Positions 37,297 through 47,500 of a DNA stretch of 64,000 nucleotides are shown here, one piece after another; the stretch's first letter is position 1; the number at the start of each line of letters is the position of its first letter. The stretch is from the NCBI GenBank assembly GCA_002269645.1, contig NIVC01000254.1, positions 186,001-250,000 of the forward strand, read 5' to 3'. The notes under the pieces were generated by a model. The model was not told where the DNA came from, made no database searches, and saw only the letters and a program-made list of their open reading frames with translations. Position numbers and translations under genes: made by a program. This DNA is from Macrostomum lignano (lineage: Eukaryota).

Positions 37297-40200
37297 CTAT
37301 TTCTTCCTCATCTGCTGGCCCAGCTGCTTCACTCGATTGTCTTCCTCTTCGGTGGTCTCGTGCGCGTGCTGCACCAGCATCTCGCTGCCGCGGGTAACGC
37401 CCCAGTTGTCCGGCCTGCTCATGGCGGCCGAGTATGGCCGACCGCTGGCCGGGTTCAGGTTCTCCCAGTAGTCCCGGCCAGACCGGGCTCGAATCCACGG
37501 TTTAGTGCTCATTTTCATTCCGCCGCCCCAGGCGATGTGCTTCTCGGAGCCGGCTGGGAATCGGCCTCTTTCGGCGGCGAGCTCCTCGGCGATGGCGCGG
37601 ATGTGATAGGCCTCGAAGCCGCAGCAGCCGCCAATGTAGCGGACGCCAAGGTCGTAGGCAGCCCTGCCAGATTTAAAATATACCGATTTTACTACTTATT
37701 ATACTACTGCTGATTCTAATATAGACTTGCGAAATCGCTTCTGTTGCACTGCATGCTGGTTTAAAACAATTGACAATTTTAATTCAACAATTTGAAGCTT
37801 CAAAAAGTATGAATTAGACTAATGGTGAATTGATTAGACTAATAGTGAATTGATTAGACTAATGGTGAATTGATTAGACTAATGGTGAATTGATTAGACT
37901 AATGGTGAATTTATTAGACTATTGGGGCATGGTTTAGACTAATAACGCATGAATTAGACTAATAAGGCGTGGATTAGACTAATAACGTATGAATTAGACT
38001 AATAAGGCATGGATTAGACTAATAAGGCATGGATTAGACTAATAAAGCATGGATTAGACTAATAAAGCATGGATTAGACTAATAAAGCATGTATTAGACT
38101 AATAAAGCATGGATTAGACTAATAAGGCATGGATTAGACTAATAAGGCATGGATTAGACTAATAAAGCATGGGTTAGACTAGTAAGGCATGGATTAGACT
38201 AATAAAGCATGGATTAGACTACTAAAGCATGGGTTAGACTAGTAAGGCATGGATTAGACTAATAAGGCATGGATTAGACTAATAAGGCATGAATTAGACT
38301 AATAAGGTATGGATTAGACTAATAAGGCATGGATTAGACTAATAAGGCATGGATTAGACTAACAAGGCATGGATTAGACTAATAAGGCATGGATTAGACT
38401 AATAAAGCATGGATTAGACTAATAAAGCATGGATTAGACTAATAAAGCATGGATTAGACTAATAAAGCATGTATTAGACTAATAAGGCATGGATTAGACT
38501 AATAAGGCATGGATTAGACTAATAAGGCATGGATTAGACCAAAGGACAATAAATGTAGATTCAACCTGTCTCACCTAGCGAAGCGGTGCATGTCCCAGCG
38601 GGTGCACAATCGACTCTCCATGGCCAAAGGAAACTCGGGCAGGTCGATGCAGCCCTGCTTCTCAGCATCCGGAGTCATATAGGCCACGGGCTGGCACATC
38701 AGGTAGGCCTTGAGATTCTCGCGCTCCAAACCAGCCTTCATCAGCTTGATCGCTTCCAGGGTGACAAACGGATCGAAGTGGCAGTTGACGCCCACGAGTT
38801 TCGCACCAGCGCGAGCCATACGGACGGCGCAGTCGCCCGCGGAGTTGCCGTGCATGTCGCCTTGCGGTCCGATGCACATCGTGCAGGCCACGGGCAGCCC
38901 GGTCTCCAGCCCGACCTGCGGCGGGGGGGGCGTTGTTGGTTGGCTAGATTAGCAATCCATTATCACGTACTTTAATTTCCTGATTTGGCTAGATTAGCAA
39001 TCCATCATCGTGTACTTTAATTTCCTGATTTGGCAAGATTAGCAATCCATCATCGTGTACTTTAATTTCCTGATTTGGCTAGATTAGCAATCCATCATCG
39101 TGTACTTTAATTTCCTGATTTGGCTAGATTAGCAATCCATCATCGTGTACTTTAATTTCCTGATTTGGCTAGATTAGCAATCCATCATCGTGTACTTTAA
39201 TTTCCTGATTTGGCTAGATTAGCAATCCATCATCGTGTACTTTAATTTCCTGATTTGGCTAGATTAGCAATCCATCATCGTGTACTTTAATTTCCTGATT
39301 TGGCTAGATTAGCAATCCATCATCGTGTACTTTAATTTCCTGATTTGCCTAGATTAGCAATCCATCATCGTGTACTTTAATTTCCTGATTTGGCAAGATT
39401 AGCAATCCATCATCGTGTACTTTAATTTCCTGATTTGGCTAGATTAGCAATCCATCATCGTGTACTTTAATTTCCTGATTTGCCTAGATTAGCAATCCAT
39501 CGTGTACTTTTATTCCTTATTTGGCTAAATTAGCTATATATCGTGTACTTTTATTTTCTGATTTGGCTAGATTAGCAATCCATCATCGTGTACTTTAATT
39601 TCCTGATTTGGCTAGATTAGCAATCCATCATCGTGTACTTTTATTCTCTGATTTGGCTAGATTAGCAATCCATCGTGTACTTTTATTTCTTATTTGGCTA
39701 AATTAGCTATATATCGTGTACTTTTATTTCTTATTTGGCTAAATTAGCTATATATCGTGTACTTTTATTTTCTGATTTGGCTAGATTAGCAATCCAATAC
39801 AGCCTGCAATTTTATTAATAATTTGGATCAGTTTGTGGATAATTTGAAAATGCTAGTCCATGGTCGAAACCAATGCCAAAAATGAGGTCTGTTCGAACTG
39901 TTTCGACCATAGACTAACATATTCTTTGCAATTTTTTTAACACCGAGTCGAGTATCTTACCTCAATGGCCCACTCTGCCTCCTCAACATGCTCAAAGTAC
40001 TCGCACAGCACCAAGTCGGCTCCTTCGGCCTTGAAAGTCTGCATCTGGCCACGGAAGATGGCCTGGATTGAAGCTTTGTCACCGCCGCTCAGGTAGGTCG
40101 GAGTCTGGCACACTCCGCCTAGAAACAGGGCGTCACCTTCTTGAGCGACCTCACGAGCAATGCGACACGCGGCGGTGTTGATGGCGGTGCACTGAAATTC

Positions 40201-41358
40201 AAGGGGGGTTGACTATATATTAGCAATCCATTCTATGGGTTTGATAGATTAGCAATCCATTCTATGGGTTTGATAGATTAGCAATCCATTCTATGGGTTT
40301 GATAGATTAGCAATCCATTCTATAGGTTTGGCTATAGATTAGCAATCCATTCTATAGGTTTGCTAGATTAGCAATCCATTCTATAGGTTTGATAGATTAG
40401 CAATCCATTCTATAGGTTTGATAGATTAGCAATCCATTCTATAGGTTTGATAGATTAGCAATCCATTCTATAGGTTTGGCTATAGATTAGCAATCCATTC
40501 TATAGGTTTTGCTATAGATGAGCAATCCATTCTATGGTTTGGCTATAGATTAGCAATCCATTCTATGGTTTGGCTATGATTTAGCAATCTGTTCTATGGT
40601 TTAGCTATAGATTAGCAATCCATTCTATGGTTTAGCTATAGATTAGCAATCCATTCTATGGTTAGGCTATAGATTAGCAATCCATTCTATGGTTTGGCTA
40701 CAGATTTGCAATCCATTCTATAGGTTTGGCTATAGATTAGCAATCCATTCTATGGTCTGGCTATAGATTAGCAATCCATTCTATGGTTTGGCTATAGATT
40801 AGCAATCCATTTGGGTCACTTGGGTCACTTAATATAAGAAGGATCATACAGAATTTTCAGCGTTGTGAAATTTCGATCTTATGAATCCCCTCCCATCCAT
40901 TTTATTAATATGAACGCCAGTTTGAGCTAAATTACTAACGATCTGAAAAAAGTTTTACAAACAGTTTAGTAGAAAGAGTCGAATCAAAAAGTGTGAGGCG
41001 AAATCAAAGAGCTGTTTTTGTATCTCTCCAGATGAAGCGTCGAAGCAGATTGCTCAAGCGTTCTCATGTGCTCAAACTCTAAGTCTCACCCCATACTTTT
41101 CCTGAGCCGTGTTGCCTCTATTGGAAAGCTTGTCCTCGCTGGCATAGTAAGTGAACGCCTGCATCACATCAGAGCCGGCTCTGAGAAACTCGCGATGCAG
41201 CTGCTTCACAGCTTCTGGGTACTCGACCACCGCTTCCGGTGTCCACGGCCCCGCCTTGACGTAGCCGCGCTTCTCCAGGGCGAACACGAAGCCGCCGTCT
41301 CCAATGACAACCTCGCCGTTGTCAAGCCGCTCCAGAATGCCGCGTCTTTTGTTTGACA

Positions 41359-41359
<1 letters not shown>
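37297..41359 (-). CDS. BHMT: Betaine-homocysteine S-methyltransferase, copy 2 (4 exons, 402 aa)
   Basis: Exons 41359-41090, 40191-39961, 38915-38575, 37663-37297; 1209 nt, GT-AG introns with consistent phases; GVNC and GGCCG Zn ligands intact. Confidence 0.93.
37810..38540. repeat. 20-bp minisatellite GGATTAGACTAATAAGGCAT, BHMT-2 intron 3
   Basis: About 36 units. Confidence 0.95.
38940..39795. repeat. 45-bp minisatellite GGCTAGATTAGCAATCCATCATCGTGTACTTTAATTTCCTGATTT, BHMT-2 intron 2
   Basis: About 19 units. Confidence 0.95.
40218..40812. repeat. 28-32-bp minisatellite with core AGATTAGCAATCCATTCTAT, BHMT-2 intron 1
   Basis: Shares AGATTAGCAATCCAT with the 45-bp unit. Confidence 0.92.
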
Positions 41360-41360
<1 letters not shown>

Positions 41361-41422
<62 letters not shown>

Positions 41423-41423
41423 G

Positions 41424-41506
<83 letters not shown>

Positions 41507-41527
41507 GTGTCTGTCTGTGTGTCTGTG

Positions 41528-41612
<85 letters not shown>

Positions 41613-41624
41613 GCCTGTCTGTCT
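41361..41624. repeat. (GTCT)n microsatellite, read as (CAGA)n in the BHMT-2 5' UTR
   Basis: About 66 units ending one base before the ATG at 41359. Confidence 0.97.
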
Positions 41625-41659
41625 GCTGATTTTCCGCACTATCAGTCGCAGCTGTTGCA

Positions 41660-41710
41660 TATATATACCCACAGCTACTCCGTCCAAATGAAAACCAGTT
41701 CCAGCTGGTT
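41660..41710 (-). promoter_or_regulatory. Proximal BHMT-2 promoter: TATA-like box plus CNRG-N6-CNRG site
   Basis: TATATATA at 41667-41660; CCAG-TTCCAG-CTGG at 41695-41708. Confidence 0.5.
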
Positions 41711-42324
41711 TTACAATCAAACTTATCGATTCGAAACTTTTTCTTAAGTTGACCCAAGAAGTCTGAGCATTGGAAAAGATTCGAGATTTCTGAGAGCAGC
41801 TTATCGTGAAACCTAGTAAACATGGCTTCCTACCCTCGTCAAACCCGCAATTCAGGTTCCACATTTCTCTAGTCCAAGGAGTTCCGAAATTTTGCATCGG
41901 AATCAAAATTAATTTTTTTCATTGAAAATAAAACAACTCTTTCTTTTAATAAGCTGTATTCAAACTCACTGTCTCTTTACATCGCGAGATTTTAAATTAA
42001 TCAATCTAATTTTCAAGTATTTCTGTAGATTTACATTCCAGATCTGTTAGTTAACGCAGTCCTTGTTCAGCTTTAGTCTAGATAGTAAAACAATTTTGAG
42101 ACTTGGTCATTATCTGTGAGTAAGCTGCTAGGGGGTAAACTAGGGGGGGGGGGTACGTATTAAACACCTGAGGAATTCTCACGCAGTTCCTCAGCTCACG
42201 TTTTCGATACGTTGCGCCACGAAACTCGCTTTGGCTCAGTTTGGGGCGTTCACAGACAATTTCTGTGTTTGTGTTATATGAATTGAGGGCAGATTTAATG
42301 ATACAGTAGTTTATAAAACTGCTT

Positions 42325-43295
42325 TCTGGGTGCTGAGGTCACTGGGTGCTGAGGACACTGGGTGCTGAAGTCACTGGGTGCTGAGGACACTGGGTGCTGA
42401 GGACACTGGGTGCTGAGGACACTGGCTGCTGAGGTCACTGGCTGCTGAGGTCACTGGGTGCTGAGGACACTGGGTGCTGAGGACACTGGGTGCTGAGGAC
42501 ACTGGGTGCTGAGGACACTGGGTGCTGAGGTCACTGGCTGCTGAGGTCACTGGGTGCTGAGGACACTGGGTGCTGAGGACACTGGGTGCTGAGGACACTG
42601 GGTGCTGAGGACACTGGGTACTGAGGACACTGGGTGCTGAGGACACTGGTTGCTGAGGACACTGGGTGCTGAGGTCACTGGGTGCTGAGGACACTGGGTG
42701 CTGAGGTCACTGGGTGCTGAGGACACTGGGTGCTGAGGACACTGGCTGCTGAGGTCTCTGGGTGCTGAGGACACTGGGTGCTGAGGATACTGGGTGCTGA
42801 AGTCACTGGGTGCTGAGGACACTGGGTGCTGAGGACACTGGGTGCTGAAGTCACTGGGTGCTGAGGACACTGGGTGCTGAGGACACTGGGTGCTGAGGAC
42901 ACTGGGTGCTGAGGTCACTATCTGCTGAGGTCACTGGGTGCTGAGGACACTGGGTGCTGAGGACACTGGGTGCTGAGGACACTGGGTGCTGAGGATACTG
43001 GGTGCTGAAGTCACTGGGTGCTGAGGACACTGGGTGCTGAGGACACTGGGTGCTGAAGTCACTGGCTGCTGAGGACACTGGGTGCTGAGGACACTGGGTG
43101 CTGAGGACACTGGGTGCTGAGGTCACTGGCTGCTGAGGACACTGGGTGCTGAGGACACTGGGTGCTGAGGACACTGGGTGCTGAGGACACTGGGTGCTGA
43201 GGTCACTGGCTGCTGAGGTCACTGGGTGCTGAGGTCACTGGGTGCTGAGGACACTGGGTGCTGAGGACACTGGGTGCTGAGGTCACTGGTTGCTA
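42325..43295. repeat. 16-bp minisatellite GACACTGGGTGCTGAG
   Basis: About 60 units. Confidence 0.95.
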
Positions 43296-43392
43296 AGGAG
43301 CTCCATTTTGAGGATATTCTGCAGCTGAAGATTTAAGGAGAAAGACAGAAAACCAAAATAATTTCAAAAGCCACTATCAGCCACAAACTCAC

Positions 43393-43662
43393 CCCGAATT
43401 TCTGCGATGCAGTGTTGCCCCGGTTGGAAAGCTTGTCCTCGCTGGCATAGTAAGTGAACGCCTGCATCACATCAGAGCCGGCTCTGAGAAACTCGCGATG
43501 AAGCTGCTTTACAGCTTCCGGGTATTCGACCACCGCTTCCGGTGTCCACGGCCCCGCCTTGACGTAGCCGCGCTTCTCCAGGGCGAACACGAAGCCGCCG
43601 TCTCCAATGACAACCTCGCCGTTGTCAAGCCGCTCCATAATGCCGCCTCTTTTGTTCGACAT
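43393..43662 (-). CDS. BHMT: Duplicated BHMT first coding exon; probable alternative first exon of BHMT-2 (90 codons)
   Basis: Intact ATG-initiated 270-nt exon, GTGAGT donor in phase 0, 85/90 aa identical to exon 41359-41090. No exon-2 sequence between 43392 and 41360. Confidence 0.75.
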
Positions 43663-43747
43663 GGTAAATGATGAGGCCGTGGCTGGTGCTGGGACTCTCT
43701 GGTGGATTCTGAACTTTTCGAGTAGCGCGGATTGTTTGAAATCGGGC

Positions 43748-43825
43748 TATTTATATCCACTTACAGCCGAGATTTGCGCCTGTCTCTCTCTCACCCCTCG
43801 GTCTCGGAACCGGTTTAAACCGGTT
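43748..43825 (-). promoter_or_regulatory. Distal BHMT promoter: TATA box plus 18-bp palindrome
   Basis: TATAAATA at 43755-43748; AACCGGTTTAAACCGGTT at 43808-43825. Confidence 0.6.
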
Positions 43826-44194
43826 CTGTTTAACTATTTTATTGACCGATAAAGTCAAACGCTCCTGACCTAGATAGTGCCACGTACCACCGACTCAGTT
43901 GGCCATGGAGATCTGCAAGAATTGACAATATATGAGACTGCAACACAGCATCGATTGGTTAAATAAAGCTTGGTTTTCAGCAAACCAATTGCTAGACTCA
44001 GACCTCCATGATGACTCTCTCTGGAGACTTTGACATGCCGCTGGACTTGCTGCAATATCTATGTTGTCAATGGAAATACCTGGCGAGGTAACTCGCCGCT
44101 AAAAATGTAACTCAGGAAATGGAAAATTCTAATAATTGCAACCGTAAACATAAAGGTCAAATCTTAGATTCCGTTCTTTAATAACAAATAATTA

Positions 44195-44524
44195 GCACCA
44201 GGGGCTTTAGCACCAAGGGGCTTTAGCACCAGGGACTTTAGCACCAGGGACTTTAGCACCAGGGACTTTAGCACCAGGGTCTTTAGCACCAGGGGCTTTA
44301 GCACCAGGGGCTTTAGCACCAGGGACTTTAGCACCAGGGGCTTTAGCACCAGGGGCTTTAGCACCAGGGACTTTAACACCAGGGGCTTTAGCACCAGGGG
44401 CTTTAGCACCAGGGACTTTAGCACCAGGGGCTTTAGCACCAGGGGCTTTAGCACCAGGGGCTTTAGCACCAGGGGCTTTAGCACCAGGGGCTTTAGCACC
44501 AGGGGCTTTAGCACCAGGGGCTTT
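44195..44524 (+). repeat. 15-bp satellite, left part (interrupted by the LTR element)
   Basis: TTTAGCACCAGGGGC units continue at 48940. Confidence 0.95.
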
Positions 44525-47500
44525 TGTTGTATTTTGTGCTTTGACTCTGTGCTGAGCCGAAAGCTGTTATAACGAGAGCGTAGCTTAAGTTGAATGTATA
44601 TTTCATTTAACGAAATAAGTAACGGCAAGCCTTTATAGAGTCAGAGTCAGTCGGTAGCTGTTTGGGACAAAGACAAATAAATTAACGCTGGGGCAACGAC
44701 TGAAAATAAAAGTACATTGGATTCGGATCGGTATACAACATGTCCGCCTTCGAGGGAATGAGAACTGCAACAGAAAAGCGTTGGTGGTTATTTATTAGTG
44801 GGTTTGAGTATGAACGGGTGAGCTTAGGGAGCTTGGTGCTTAACAAAGTAACGGCGAATTCGTTGAAAGTTTGGAATTTAATCAGCGTCTATGCTGTTCA
44901 GCAATTACGGCACGAATCGATCAGGGGCCCGACGATTTCGCGAGCTTCGGCGCATCGGGTTGTCATTCGGTTGCTCTGGGGCATCCTGCTCATGGGTCGT
45001 TGGTGCCTGCTCTTCTCCGGCCGCCATTTGCATCGGGGGCTGTTGCACAGGCAGATTGTCATTCGCTTCCTCTTCGTCCGCTGTAAGGGCGTCCTGCTGT
45101 GGCATTGATGGGGCCAACTGATTGGTGCTGGCCAGCTTCAGGCTCTCATCTTCTAAAATCCATGCCGTATTGTGTCCAGCAGTCATTAGAAATGTAGCCT
45201 GGCTTCCCTGAGTTGATTTCTGCGGCTGGTAGATGACGTTGTCTCCTTGCTCGAACTGTGAGACGACCGGTACACGAAGGCGTCTACCAAGCACCAACTC
45301 GGCTGGGCACTGGCCGCGGCTTCTTGAGGAGTTGCGATGGTGCATGAGCACTTTTTGCAGGTAGAATGGGAAATCCATGTGAGTTATTCTCTCCGACCAT
45401 GCACGCAGCGCAGATTTAACGGTCTGCACTGCCCTTTCTGCGAGGCCGTTTGCCTGAGGATAGTAGGCGGGTGACTCCATTTTCTTCACTCCATGTGCGC
45501 GCAGCCATGCGTTGAGGCTATCGGCCACAAATTCGGGTGCGTTGTCCGACACAACCAGCTCCGGCATACCAAAGCGTGCAAAGATGGCGCAGAGGCACCG
45601 CTGGACAGTGCTGGCCACTCTGTTTTGGCAGGGAAACACTTCTATCCAGCCAGAATGAGCGTCAACGATAATCAGTATGTCGCCAGCTCCTCTTACATGC
45701 GCCCAGTCCATGTGAATGCGTTGGAATGGATAGTCCGGGGCGGGCCATCGATCCCTGTCGTGGCCGACACGCGGTCGTAGGCGGCTGCAGACCGGGCAGC
45801 GTTGGACAAATCGTGACACATCCTGTTGCATCCCAGGCCCCCAGCAAGACGCTGAAAGCAGGTTGTATGAGGACTGAATTCCAGAGTGGGTGTCATGGAT
45901 CGCGTCAAAGGCAGCCCGGCGCAACCGTGGGGGGATGTAAACCCTCCTCTGCATGTAAAGAAGTCCGTTTTCCAGCGTTAGCTTTTCGGAAACGGCTTTG
46001 AAGCTTGACTCTGCCTGCGAGCAACCTTGCCAATTTCCATTGCGTACTCTCATTAAAATCTTCTGGGTGAACGGGTCTGCGTCCATTTCTGCCAAAATTC
46101 TTCCGGCCTCGATCACCGGCGATTCAAATACCACGACGTTGATAGCATCAAACGTTTCCTTGTCGTCTGCTGAAGGGTGATCAAAGCGGAGCCGAGATAA
46201 AGCGTCAGCGTGTGGAATATCGCGGCCTCGCACGTACTCGATGTTGAAGTCAAATTGCATGAGATGCATAGCCCAGCGCCCGATTCTCGCCGATGTGTTC
46301 AGAGGGATGCCACCGCGGAAAAGGCGAGTCAGTGGCTGATGATCTGTCTTGATTGTGAAGTGACGGCCATGAAGGAAGTGCTTCAGTCGAGCGACGGCCC
46401 AGAAGATGGCGAGGGCCTCGCGCTCAATATTTGAATAATTTGATTCGGCGGATGACAGCGTCCTTGATACAAATATTACGGGATGCCCTTCCTGAGTCAC
46501 TACAGCAGCTATTGAGCTCTTTGAGGCATCCGTTGTTAGAGTCAGCTCCTTTGATAGGCTATAGGGCTGCACTATTGGCGCAGAGGCGATTTCGGCTTTG
46601 AGGTTATTAAAAGCTCGAGAGCACTCGTCGGTCCAGTCAAAGTTGACGTTGGATTTTCGCAGATGGTTAAGAGGAGCGGTCTTTCGAGCGATGTTCGGAA
46701 TCAGTCTCCCAAAGAAGTTGACTAGTCCCAGAAAGCTCGCGAGCTCAGATTTGTTAGTCGGTGCAGAAACTTGTCTGACTTTTTCAACAAGCCGATCGTC
46801 TGGATGGATTCCGGCGGCAGAGATCTTGAATCCAAAAAAAGAGATGGAATCGGTGTAGTTGATGCACTTTGACTCGTTGATGGTGACGCGCTTTTCTTGT
46901 AGTCGGGTGCGCACCGCGGCAAGGCGCTTTTCTAGAGTAGCCGCATCTGGTGCGTGCACCAGGATGTCGTCTTGATAAATCAGCAGTCCTTTGATGTCTG
47001 ACAAAATCGATTCCATAGTTCTCTGGAAGATGAACGAGGCGTTTTTCATCCCCATTTGCAGTCTGTTTACTCGGTACAGTCCACGCGACGTGTTGATGAT
47101 AGAGAGATCTCTGGCCGCTTCATCCAGTTCAATTTGCCAGTAGGCCGAGCGGAGGTCGACGGTGGCGAAGACTTTTGCGTTTTTCAAGCGTGAGAAAAGA
47201 ATTTCTACATTGGGGATCGGATGAGAGTCGGACTTTATTTTCTCATTCACGTGTACACTGTAATCGGCACACATGCGCAAGGTGCCATCTTTCTTTTTCA
47301 CCCACACCACGGGCGACGCATTGCTCACGGGTCCCTCGATGGGTTCAATTATTCCTAGCTGTTGCAAGCGGTCAAGTTCGGCGTTAATCTGCCCCTCAAT
47401 TGCAATAGGCACGGATCGAGCACGGCAGAATCTTGGTCTGGCACCGTCAACAACCTCCATGCGAGCTTTCACGCCTTTTATGGTAGGCAGTGGCTCAACT

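Noticed and set aside
22122-41359. Bacterial operon or recent horizontal transfer of the betaine genes
   Set aside because: Spliceosomal introns, opposite strands, animal-type sequences and a transit-peptide-like DMGDH N-terminus.
43333-43662. A third complete BHMT gene
   Set aside because: Only exon 1 is present; treated as a candidate alternative first exon.
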